DNA from: the human T2T-CHM13v2.0 reference genome, Homo sapiens
NCBI RefSeq assembly: GCF_009914755.1
Contig: NC_060926.1
Reading direction: 5' to 3' (one strand)
Length of the DNA: 64,000 bases
In this document: piece after piece, positions 25,990-39,000 of the stretch
Layout of the letters: each line of letters starts with the position of its first letter
How positions within the stretch are numbered: position 1 is the first letter of the stretch
Notes under the pieces: generated by a model
Told to the model about the DNA's origin: nothing
Seen by the model: only the letters and a program-made list of their open reading frames with translations
The model's database searches: none
Position numbers and translations under genes: made by a program

Positions 25990-26230
25990 GCCCTATCCAG
26001 CTGACACTGTCCTTTTGGAAAGCCAATGACTTGTTAGTACCCCTAGCAGCAGTGTGAACAGATGCGTCCCTGACAGGCGATGGATGGTCAGGGTCCATCT
26101 GGCCAGTGCAGCTCGGACAGAAATGATGTATACAGCTTCATCAGCGAATGACTGTCATCAATCCTGGGCCATGGATAGCGTAAATGACAGCTATGCTGCA
26201 GCTGAGACTCCAGGTGTGAGACTGAGGAGG
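25990..26230. promoter_or_regulatory. Candidate developmental enhancer (MEIS/PBX-HOX/E-box cluster)
   Basis: TGACAG at 26071, 26152 (minus) and 26185; gatggatgg 26079; several E-boxes; 5 CpGs in ~120 bp of unique sequence. Confidence 0.35.
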
Positions 26231-26766
26231 ACTGATTTAAGAATGCTGGGTAATCAGGAATGTATAGGCTCCTGGACTTTGTATCTTTAACCTCCTATAA
26301 ATATCCTGCTATACTGTAGCAGGTATGTGTTTTTTAGTGTCTCATCACAAAATTAGCTTCAAGATGACGCCTGTTCCTTGCTCCCTTTTAACTACTGATG
26401 ACTTCAGTTTCCTTCCTCCATGACCAAATGTGTGAAGTGCCCTGGCTGCTGTATTATGTGCCCACAATTTAATTATTACCTCATTGATTTTTCATGTATT
26501 TCAATTTTCTCTTCTTTAAGTCACAGTGGCTTTCCTGTTGGGGAGATGTTTGTTTTTCTTTATAAGATTTCCTTATGGAATCAATTGAACTATAAAAATG
26601 TTTTTTGTTTGCCTTCCATCCTCCCTGATCATGCTTCCATACCTCCTCAGGAATGTCGAATTGTAGTAGTTTGGAGGTAAGCCTGTCTGTGCAGACTATC
26701 CAAAAAGGAATCTTCTCAGTTGGTACAAGATTTTAAAAAGGAAACAATATTCCGCTGCTTACTCAC

Positions 26767-26863
26767 CAACAAAAGGTACCTGGTTTTTAAATGGTCTCTC
26801 TTTAGTATGCATTAAAGATCATGCATAATTTGCATCTATTAGCATTTTATTATACCACTGGCA
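26767..26863 (-). other. Candidate non-coding exon (97 nt)
   Basis: Minus-strand acceptor ttttcattttcttttccccag| and donor ttg|gtgagt; motifs only. Confidence 0.25.
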
Positions 26864-28134
26864 CTGGGGAAAAGAAAATGAAAACAATTATTGTATCCTC
26901 AGAGGACACTTCTTTACTTATAACTATTTTACAATAAATCATTTTTGTTTATCAGCTTACTGGATGCAGCAAATGCAGAAACCCTGGAGACTGAGAGGGT
27001 TCTAAAAGCCTAGGAATTTACAGAGTGGCTCCACATGTTTTTACTGAAAGCTCTTCAAATACTTCTAACTCATTAAAATGAATTGTGTCAATTACCACCA
27101 GTAGATCTGGAAAACATTTGAATCTGATGGACGAGAATTACTCCCCATCCCCCACAACATACGCACAGAAATTCAGCTCTCCCTACTCCAAGAAAGTTAA
27201 TGCAGCTTAAACAACATCTGAATAAAAAATAGGTCAACTAACAAGAATTCCCTCCTCAAATGAGAATAAAGTTGATTCTCTGATAGTCTGACCGTGAATT
27301 AGGGAGTCAGAGGTTTGGAGGAGAAACTCCAAACTGTCAAGATCTGTCAAGAGACAATCTGATCTGTTCCACTTCCTTCAGGAAGGATTTACTCAAAGCA
27401 TCACAGACCCAAGAGTGGTTATTTTGTTATTAATACACTCATAAGGAGAGTAGGACAAGAAATAATGGTACAAACTCTTCAGGCATCCTCCCCACAGATT
27501 TAAAAAACATGATATTTCTAACATTCTTCACTGGTTCACTGGTCTTGACAATGTCCAAGCAAGCACTACAGTGCTTTTTTTTTTTTTTTCCAGAAAAGAA
27601 AGAATCCATCTATTTTTTTCTTTTACTTCTTATAAAGGTGACTTAAGTATTATTTTAGTGGCTAATGCAAAACTCACTGCATTCTACTATAAGTATTGTA
27701 AATGAAAACATATAGTTACGTAAAGTCAGAAGCAGAGAAAAATGTCCGAATAAGGCTAAAATGTTTTGAAGACAAATTTTAAGAACATGAGGTGTCAAAT
27801 ACTGAATTTAAAAATAGCATTAGAATACCAGAATCACCACATTAAGTTAGTATTCGTGATAGTGTTGAATGAAAGAGAGAGAAAGAAAGGGAGAGAGAAG
27901 AAATATCACTGAATTAAAAAAAATCTATATGTAGTTTGTTTTCAGGCCAGAAAAACATCTTGAACATAGCTTTAAGGATGGAATAGTAGATCTGTCACTA
28001 CTAAAGATAACATACCAACTAATGCCTGCAGTTTGGAATCAAAACTGAATGAATTAATAGAAGTCTGCTTATATTACTGAACACAAATATAAAAATTTAT
28101 GTTTTTAGGATGCCAATAATAAAATCAAATGATT

Positions 28135-28457
<323 letters not shown>

Positions 28458-29542
28458 CAAATGATTAAAGAGTTTTGTTTTTTAAAAAATAGAATTAGTG
28501 TCACAGTTCTTAGTGGTGGTCTGTGGCTCACCAATATTTTATGAGCTTAGATATTTAGTAAAAGTGGATTTCTTACAATAAAAAAATGGTTATTTTTGAC
28601 AACAAAATGTCTTGACTTTATGAATGTGCTAATTGTTTGATTTGGCCTCAGACGTTTGTTATTTAGGCACAGCACAGCGCATATAATTTCATTATGACAA
28701 ATGTAGATTTTGGAGAACATAATTTAATAGACATTTATGGACAATGAAATGCTTATACAACTCTTTGCAACCAAATGTATCCATAATTTCTATACTGAGG
28801 ATTTTCACTGTACGTCTATTAATAAGAATTAATATTTTCATCTAAGACCTTAAACATTGTTTACTAACTTTGGACCAATATCTTCTGTCTGTCTTATCAG
28901 TAGATTGGAAAATGGCTTTTCATATAGTAGACATTCACACCTCAAGGAGCTAGAGCAGCACATTTACAGATACACTTCTGCTAAGGGTCATCCCCCTGCC
29001 CTTGTTCTGCCACCTTCATTCTCTAAAACCAAATATGGATAAGGATCAAGAACAAACAGCAGAATTTTCTAGAAATACAATTTAAACATTTGATTCTCTT
29101 GGTAAGTGACGTTTTCTGGGATATTTTCCTCTTTGGATTGCTTCTTCTTTCTTTTGGTATTTCATGAAACTGTTGTTATATCTGAGATTTGGTGTTTTCT
29201 CTCACTTGGAAGGGCTTTCCTCACCTAGACAGACCTAGTAGGACTTAGTAGGACCAGACAAGGGTCCATGGAAAGGGAGACACTAAGCTCATAAAAGCTT
29301 GTTTCCATTATTGGCAGATGAGATCTTAGTGACATCCTGGTACACAGTAGGTCATGAGGGTAAGGGACAATATATGGATGTAGGGCTAATGTGTCTGCTA
29401 CTAATAGCACATCTTTTTGCCTGGAGTGTCTCACTTAGGATCATGAGCTGGCAGTAGGTGGCTGATGAAGAATTTCAGATTTCAGGCAGTACTAATGCTT
29501 TGTTTCTCTATTTGAAAATGAGGGAAAATATCCATTTTTCAG

Positions 29543-29599
29543 AAAGCCCGAGGTGTTGTGGAAACAAGAGACCCAGACCCTCCACTGCAATGGTACCAG
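29543..29599 (+). other. Candidate 57-nt exon
   Basis: tccatttttcag| and ccag|gtaggt; open in all three frames; no recognisable protein. Confidence 0.15.
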
Positions 29600-32389
29600 G
29601 TAGGTTCTTGGTTTGAAGGAACATCAAAACTATAGAGACATTTTCCAACTATTTTTAGGTCTGCATCCTTAGTTAAGCACTTGAAAGAATTGCACAGAAA
29701 TATTAGAAATTCATAGACATGTAATTTTTTTTGCTCTTTTCTTGGGGAGGAATCAGAAAAATTTCTATAAATCTGTTCAACTAATCATAGACATATGTCA
29801 AGTGATTGAAAGAAATTAGCAGAAGTTTAAAGAAAATATCAAAATATGATCTGTTTGATCACTCCCTTAAGGGAAAATTTTTAATACATTATGAAGACAG
29901 ACACTTTTTATTAACACAGAGACATGGAAATCAGCAGAATAAATACCTGAATTGATTATTGTAAATGCAGTTTGAAGAAATTTCAAATAGAGAGAGGCAC
30001 AAACATTTGAAATCCTTTTAATTCAGTGCTTTCAAAAAAATCATAAAGACCAGTCATGTGCAGATTATAGGCAGCTGGTTTTCCTTTTGCTTTACCCTCA
30101 AATTCAAGGTGCTTCACCACAATATAGGAGCCTAATCAATATTCATTAACTGCAGAATCAGTTTTTTAAAATCCATCATTTAATTTGTTACATTAGAAGT
30201 TATGCAAATTTGTATAATTATGAAGAGATTTAGATTATAGAATTGTGTTTTACTTTGCAAATAGAAAAGCTAAGGCTGATACCAATGGCTGATTTTAGAG
30301 TGAGCTGTCTTACTAGTTCAGAATGATTACCTTTGGTTCCTATTCCAAATGATGACCAATCTTAAGACATGAACAGAACTGGTAATTAGGTGGCATACTT
30401 CCCCAGAAGATGGCAGCTACAATGCAAGAAAAATGAGGAGTGGGATCTTTACACTGTTTTTGAGATTTAATGATTTTAAAATTAAACACAGAAAAAGTCT
30501 TAATCTTATCCAATCTCCAAAGAGATTTTTTTGTTAATGTTGGAGTTGGTTTCTATCTATTGAACAGTTGAATACATATCATCCTTCCGTTTCTGAAACT
30601 TAAGCAAATGGACCAAGAGAATTGAGCACATTTAGCCATTCTTTTTTATCAGCCCAACACCCTTAAGCCAAGCACCAGTGGAGCCCAACATCATGGCACA
30701 TTTCCCCACAATATACTCACACTCAACCACCACCTAGGAGGGAAAAGAGTGTGAGGGTTATTGAGCACTGAGAATTTTTCCAATGAATCACAATTATGTG
30801 AACACCTGTGCTAAGTTTGTGCTGATCCTCTGTGAAAATTTGCACAGTGCTCAACAGCCCTGAATATTTCTCATTTATTATCTCAGGTGGGGTGGTCTGC
30901 AACTGCACATTAGGTTGCAGTATGAAGCATGTAAGGACACACATCCAAGACCTCATCGAGGACCTTTTCATTCTACCTGCAGGGTACAGCTGTGCCTTTT
31001 AACAGGCTAGAGTTCTGCTTCTGAATGTCTGCTCAGAAAACTTAAGGACAAATATAGAAACCCTTCATCTGCAAGTAAAATGATTGTAGAAAATGCAATA
31101 CATTTACTTACATTTCAAGAGAATCTATCATAGGATTGACATTGGGAAAAAACTAATGATCAATGATATTTTAATGAATATATAGGCTTATAATATGTTA
31201 AACTGAAAAGGTGTCAAAACTGTAAAGGATGAGAAAGAACTTTACACATAAACATACATTTTGAACGGCCACTAATCCCTCTTCTTAGGAAGTAAAAATA
31301 TAGAGTGAAACTGGTCTAGATCCCCAAGAATCGGTAGGTTACTTCACTTTTGAAGTCAATGATTGGTAAGAATTGGAAAACAATTTGTGACCAGAATCCT
31401 CAAAATACTTAAAGCTTAGATGTAAGTGGTGAAATTGAGATCAGTGAATAAGCTGGATACAGGGTCAATTGTTGATTCCACAGCAGAAGTTCTGCATGAC
31501 TCGAACAAGGCTTTCATTGAAACTATTCTCTGTCTTAAGAACTATAAACTACTATGAGGTCTCTGCATGTTAATACAGTATCAAGAATAGAATTTTCTTT
31601 GTAGCTCTGTAGACTTAATATTTACCAAAGACTCTTTAGTGAAATATATCTGTTACTTTGAATAATTAAGTTTAGTAGAAGATAAATTTAAGGATATGGA
31701 TATAAAGACCAGGGACTACTCTGGCAGTATAAAATGTTTTAAAAGTAATACATTGGACTCTGGAACTTCATTCTACCTAACAGCATCATCTGCTTACCAG
31801 TAGGAACAAGGCACATAGTATTCTGTGGCAAATGCAATTGTTATTGAAGACAACATTGCAGTATGAGGTAACAGAGGAAATTATGAAAAAAGAAATCCTG
31901 GAGCTATTGAAAAGTCCTAGGATAAGAATGTCAGTGGGTCCCTAGGTAATGGTTGTTGGTTTGGGGACACAGGAGAAAAGACTAAGGGATCTTAGAGGTT
32001 TCTGATTTTGCACTGGTGTGTGGTTGGCAGATACAGGAACCCCAAGTGACTAGGCTTTGATTTGCTTTCCTTAAAATTTTTACTCATCCGGTTTCAGTCT
32101 CTGTCTCTGGTATTAGGTGAAAAGACATCTTTTTCCCTGCTGCTGAGACTGTATGTAATTAGATGAAAGGAGAAACTAGAGGCTCGGGAAAAGCATTGCT
32201 GATTTGTACCTCGGCTTAATTCCAAAGATTCTGCTTGTGAAAATTAACTTTTTCTGCTTCTAGGTCCATGGCACTCGTTTCTAAGAGGAGTTTGAAAGTT
32301 AGCTGAGTGTATGAGGAGGAGAAAAAAGGATCAGTAGGTTGGACTAGATCCATATATCACATACTTTCACCAAGAAATTAGATTTATTG

Positions 32390-32605
32390 GGTTTTATGAG
32401 CACCAGGCATATGCTAAGCACTTGATATATTATCTCATTTAATCTTCAGGACAGTATGAAAGAGTAACAGGTCTTATACCACTTTGCAAGATAAGGAAAA
32501 TGAAGCTTAGAGAGGTTAACTAGCAGTCATGTTAGAGTCAGACTTGAACCCTCGTCTAGCTGATGGCAAAACTCAATTTTAACTACTACACAATACTGCC
32601 TCCCA
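32390..32605 (-). mobile_element. MIR
   Basis: caggcatatgctaagcactt...tatctcatttaatcttca...gataaggaaaatgaagcttagagaggttaac. Confidence 0.85.
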
Positions 32606-34396
32606 GTGGCTGGAATTTGGTAAGCATTCAGCCAACATCAGCTACTGAGGTGGTGGTGTTTTTCTTAGGGGGAAGCTGGTCTTAAATCCTTTAGGCTTAA
32701 GTCTCAAAGGCATATAGAAAGAGGTCTTGCTTATCAGAATTATTAAGATGTCTACTCTCTTACATAAAAATGGCTAGTTCAAGCCAAGCTCCAAGTGTGA
32801 CTGTAAGCAAACAAATAGATGACTACCTTGTTTATGAAGCATACTTTGAATTAGTTCCTAGTCAAATATAAAAATGCTTGGTGGTCGCTTGAAGCATAAT
32901 TTGTGCCAACAAAATTCCACCAAGCAAAGAGATTCTGTAGTGTCAACATTTAAAACTTCTATAAATACTTCCTTCAGTTTCCACAAAGTATAAACTAATA
33001 AAAAAGAGAAATAAAAAGTCAATAAAGAAAAAAAGTACTTTTTTGGGTAGAAGGCTAAGAGAATGAATGCATGTAATATGTCTTGAAGTGTTAAGAAAAT
33101 ATTTTCTTTAGTTTTTAAGTAGAGTGAAGAAAAAATAATATGTGTGTAAGGAAGGACAAAATTTAGTTGTTCACAGGCTTGGCCTCAGGCAAAATTCTAA
33201 AATAGGTATTTTTCATGTACACGTCCCTAGCACACACACACATGCACAAAGTTGTTCTTCAATGCCCTTTTCTCAATGTTCAGTGTTCTCTCTCTTCAAC
33301 CTCCAAAGCGTTCACTTTTTGGTACCCCCTCGGATTCCCTAATTTCATTCTTTGTTTCGAAATCCCACTGCACAGCTTCTCACAGTATAGACATTTCCTC
33401 TCTTCATTCATCATAACATTGCAGTGGACTAGCCCATTTTTTTCAAGATATTGGTAGGTCACTGGTTAGCAATGCCTATGAACAAATTATAATTAAGGTC
33501 TTAATGAATGGTAAAAGGCTTAATGTTTTATTTTACCTTGCTGTATTTATTTCATATTATGGACTTTTCTAGATAAAATGCCTCAGATCGAAATAATTAG
33601 TTCCAAATGATGGGAATTTCAAACTCTGTGATAGGTTGGTGAGAAAGCGATTTCTGCAAAGCTGTCTTTGCCCCATGTTCCTTGAAATATGTGCCAAAGG
33701 TAAATGTTTACTTTACCTATGTATAAGGTTGACCCTAGTGAACAGGTATATTGAAATATTATAATCCCTGAGAAGAAAGGTCACTGATAATGGCATTAAT
33801 GCTGCCAGTCCTTACTTTCTATTAAATGATACTTCAATATGCAACATTCTACACTTGATCTCTGGTAAATGGATGTTAGTGACCTTGAGTCAACAATCTT
33901 TGCCTTCTTTAGACATTGGATAGCACTATAACATTTTAAATTTATAATTGTGTTTACTTTTAAAATGGAGTTTAAAAGTCTTTAAACTGGATAGGTAGAG
34001 AAATTGAAATGACGATACAGAAAGTCTGTAAATGGTTGGATGGATATCACATATCACACCATCTATGGCTCAGCAGTAAATGCACTGTGATGGCAGAACC
34101 ATGAGGGTATATCACATTAATGCATAATTCAAGGTCTTTAAGTATCTGTGAGTCGTTGACAAGATACATTGCCACGTGTTTTACAATCCACCATGTCAAT
34201 TCATTGTCTTTATAACGTTAAATGAATGTGGGCTATAGGCTTTAAAAGTTTCTGGACCAGCTTCTTCATTATGAAGAAGGTATTGTTTCTGTCCACTTGT
34301 GCTGTGTGGAACATTTAAGAAGCTTCCTACCTTCCCCTAACTTTTCTCCCCAACTATGGCCAGCAACATTATGGTCTCTCCACATATATGCCCCCC

Positions 34397-34689
34397 TCTT
34401 TTTTTTTTGAGACGAGTTCTCACTCTGTCACCCAGACTGGAGTGCAGTGGCAGGATCAGGACTCACTGCAGCCTCAGCCTCCCAGACTCAAGTGATCTCT
34501 CCCGCCTCAGCCACCTCAATAGCTAGGACTACAGGCATGTGCCACCACACGGGGCTAATATTTGGTATTGTGAGTAGAGACGGTGTTTCACTCTGTTGCC
34601 CAGGCAGCTCTCAAACTCCTGGAGTCAAGTGATCCACCCACCTCGGCCTTCCAAAGTGTTAGGATTATAGGCCTGAGCCACACCCAGCC
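34397..34689 (-). mobile_element. AluJ
   Basis: ctcactgcagcctc...ctcaagtgatc J-type features; degenerate TSD ccacat(a/t)tat. Confidence 0.92.
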
Positions 34690-34899
34690 CCACATTTATA
34701 CTTATCACAATTGCCAAAGGACAAATTCTTCCACGGAGAGGTGTGAATTACTAGAAAGGTTGGTTGTGTTGTCATTCATGTTTTGTAACATTTTAAAATG
34801 TGGTTTTAAGCAACAAAAACTTTTTTTAGTAGCAAAGAACATCACAGACTATAAAGGAAATGATTATTCTGCTTTATCTGCTAAATTGCATGACATGGC

Positions 34900-35400
34900 G
34901 GCCTTGTTCTCAGTTGGACAATGCATCCATGAATTGTATCATATTCATGTTCATGATGGAAGCCTATATAGTAATTAAAATAAATTAACCAATTCTAAAT
35001 GCATGAACATGGATAAGTCTTGAAAACATAATGGTGAGTGAAAAAGCAAGTATCTGATATATGCCATTTATGTACATTTAAAATTATAGAACAATGTAAC
35101 ATTATTTATGGATACATACATATGTAGTAAACATACACAAACGTGGATGTGAAAGCTACAAACCAATTTTGACACAGTGGCTCTTACCTTTGGCAGGAAG
35201 TGGGGATGATAATTAAAGGGGGTCATGACATCACTTTTGGGTACACAGTGGTCTTCAATTCCCTTTGTATTATTTTGTTAGGAAGAAAGGCATGAAGCAA
35301 ACATGTAAAATTTTATAATTCACTTACAGTTATTAAATCATAGTGAATACACGAGTGCCTATTATTCCCTGTACTTTACACTTTTGAAATATTTTATTAT
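34900..35400 (+). mobile_element. L1ME-type 3' fragment
   Basis: aacatggataagtcttgaaaacataatggtgagtgaaaaaagcaag...ccatttatgtacatttaaaa. Confidence 0.7.
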
Positions 35401-35983
35401 AATAATAATGAATTGGTAAAATAAACTTCAAGTTTAAGATGGGAATTGACTAGTAATTTTTAGTACTGTCTCTTCCAAATTTTCACTAAAATTCCCAAGG
35501 AGACATGAGAAAATGTGGAAAGCCACAATTTAAACTAGGGCAAACCAACAAGGCTAACTCTAGAATCCAGGAGGAACTGATTCATAGTAAAAGTCTAATA
35601 GAGCAGGAAGGAGAAAAACCTGTTCAGTTTTCAGGTAATAGCATCTACCGGCTTTACTTCCTGGGAACAAGAAGTGTGTATGTGTCGTAGTGGGGGATGT
35701 GCGTGGAGAATCCCAAAACAAAACTTTTGAAGGGTAAAGTGAACAATGCACATTGGAATATTTTGGAAAATATAAAAAGGGAGAAAGTAGGAAAGCAGAA
35801 CCCATGATTCTCACGTGCAAAGCCAGCCAGTCCTATTTCCAACCTCAGAGCTACTGTGGCTTTTGACAGTAGGGAAAGGAGATGTTCAATGATACTTCTT
35901 TGATTGTACAATGAGGTGTTCAGCCACTGGGGAACCCTCATTTCATGTCCCCCTTCAACCGCACAGCTCAAAAGCCACTTGGA

Positions 35984-35995
35984 ATATATATATTT

Positions 35996-36027
<32 letters not shown>

Positions 36028-36055
36028 ATATTTTATATATATATATATAAAATAT

Positions 36056-36096
<41 letters not shown>
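35984..36096. repeat. Interrupted (TA)n tract containing a 92-bp perfect palindrome (35996-36087)
   Basis: Hand pairing about the centre 36041/36042. Confidence 0.9.
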
Positions 36097-36099
<3 letters not shown>

Positions 36100-39000
36100 A
36101 GGACATTTTCTTTTTCCACATGAAATGTTTTCCTGAATCTCTTTATTGCCTATTCCTTTCTTAACTTTAGTTCCCTATAGAAACATTCAGTGTCTGGAGA
36201 ATAAAAAGGAGAGAAAAAAAGAAGCTTTTTTTAAATTAAAAGAAAAATACTAAAGCATGTCATAGCATTGTTGGAAAGAACTAAAATTATATTTTGGTGT
36301 TTTCTGTTTAAATGAAGTGACTTGATTTGCATGAAGTGACATTTGTAGGGATAAATACAATACAAAAAATGAATTTCTGGATTTAGAACTTCTTCCTCTA
36401 CTTTTATACTAAGATTTTTTTTTTTTATGATCAGGTCATATATTCCTCAAAAAAAAATGGTTTTAAAGGAAACTCTGGTCCACCTTTATCTCTAATGGCC
36501 CGGTTGGGAGTTGCTATAATAATCCTTTTGCTTTTATGTGGCCATCTGGAGGCCTATTAAAAGGAGTATCTAAAACAGACTCCCCAAGTGTGCTGAGTTT
36601 GTACATTTTCACCAAGTCACCAAAACAGGAGCATTTTTCCGACTGCAGGGAGAAGTGACCCTTTACAGAGAGGGGTGGAGTTGGGGGGGAAAGAGAGAGA
36701 AGAGACACAGCACCAGCAAGAGGCACAACTTGACCTTTCACTCTTGCCATTGTGAACAAGTAGTAAGAATAGTGGTTGATTCTGGTGCATGCGTTTTAAG
36801 GGTACAAAGATCTACAGCAAGGTTTCTTTACACCTCTGGGGCTCTGTGATGAGATGGAAGAGGTTAGGGAACGTGGGAACGGGCAACATTGAGAATTTAA
36901 TGAAGCATCATTTTTCAACTGGATAATATTCTGTTTTGATTTGTGTGGAAAGCAAATATGAAATATTGAAATAATATTTCAAGTTCCCAGTTTTGTGGCA
37001 CAAATAGACATACAGAATATTCTTGCCTTTCTGAAAACTACACCTTTCATCAAAAGTATAATCCAACAGAGTTTAGGACATAAAGGGGAGGTAGTGGAAT
37101 GGAATTATATAAAAGTTGGCATTTGTCTTCAGTAGATTATTAAAATCGCTGTGGTAAGAAATCTGCTCATAAAGACAGAACAAGTTCATAGGGGCTGGAT
37201 ATCATTTGTCCAAAATAGAGTCTTTTCTCTACACTCATTAACTATCTCGCCCAGTAATGTGGTTGTAATCCTATTAAACCTGATACATCAAAAATTAAAA
37301 AAAAGTTTAGTTGCTGTCTCAAACTACACTACAACTCAGATCTAGGACCAAATAAGATGCATTAATTGCTTTACTGCTTCACTGCAAAGCCACTCTTAAA
37401 ACATAATTCCTTAATGAAGTCCGTTAATTTGTTCATGGCAGTACACAAGCTGTTCAAAATGACACAGAATTGCACTCTGTTTTCTAACCCCTGCAGTTTC
37501 TTCTGTTAGTCACTCTGTCTTGTGTTGTTATCCCATGGATAGTAATTATTTTATAGTGGCTGTAATTAGGAGAGAATTAGGCTTGGTAAACAAAACCTGC
37601 CTTCTCCTGTTAATAGCTAAGGATAATAAATTTGGCTCTGACATTCACTATATTTGGACAAGGCTTGGCCTACTTCCAGTTTTCCCAATAAGAACTTTAT
37701 TACATAATTATGCCTTGGAGGGGCTTATATTACAAGGTAATTTTTTTTTGTAAAGACACATATTGCATGGCTTCTAGCCAGTAAATGATATACTGTAATA
37801 TATGCCTCCAATAAATGTTTTAAACAAAATCTCTCTAAGCAATATTCTGCTAGAGCTACACACTGCTCTTCAGCATATATTATTTACAGGGTTTGTTTGT
37901 TGAGTTTTTCATAATGTAATTTTTTTGCCCATATTGTCCAATATTATGACAAGTTTCTTTAAAAAAGGTCTAAATTATTTCTATCAGCAAGTGACATGCT
38001 TGGATCTTTAACTTTCTGTATCCCAGTTCCTAAAGGTGCATCAGAGGCTACCATAAAAGGAGCATGAAGCAATATTTTATTTTTTTGTAAAGACTGGCTG
38101 TTAGTTTGCATAAGTTATGATACCTTTGCTTAAACTGATTTATTTTCTTTTCCATTTTTAACATAAGTGAAATAAAATTATTTTGTTCCACTGCAAGCCA
38201 TATCTCTGACGATGCATGTGCCTTTAGTTGATCCTTTACTGGAAAGGGTCACTCAGATATGTATAGATCACCAATAACACATGATATCACAGAATGCTAA
38301 AGTAAAGAGCACAGCATTCAAAACAGGTTCAAAATAAAAATCATAAAAATATAACCTCTACTTAGAAAAATCATGAGAAAATATGCAAAAGTGAGATTAT
38401 CTTCAGGGCAAGAAATAAAAGTATTAGATTCTAAGTAAATACAAAAGACATAAATCCGGTTTACTTAGAAGCCAAGTTCAAAATTATAGCAATTCTGAAT
38501 TATCTAATATTAGGCATAGAGAGATTACAAAGGAGAACAATAATATTTTAAAAGGACTTTGGAATTTTTACTCCAGACACTCAACTTATATTTAAAATTC
38601 ACTGAAAAGTGGAAAATTAAGATGACCCACATGCATAAGCCCCCAGCCCCACCTTCTTATCCCTAAAAGTATGTCTCAGTCATCTGCAAACTAAAGGGAA
38701 TAATTTTTCACTGGATTAGCTGGATATCTGTCTTAGTTACCCCAATTCACTCGCTTGGGTATTGGGGCTTACAAGTTACTTAAAGAGGGTACCAACTGGA
38801 TTCTTAGGTGGCTATTCACATTGATAAAGGATCTCCAGTTTATTTAGTCAGGTTTTCAAAGGACTCTGCTGTGGAAGCTCATATGAATTATGCATATGCA
38901 AAAAGTCTCCCTTCAAGGAAGATGTGATCCCCTGCCTCTCTGTTCCCATTTCTGGAGAAGACAGTAAAAGGCTGCATTTATTCTTCTGCTAAATCATAAC

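Noticed and set aside
35654-36123. Tyr/Ile-rich ORFs (also 43522-43921)
   Set aside because: Translation of (TA)n, poly(T) and Alu sequence
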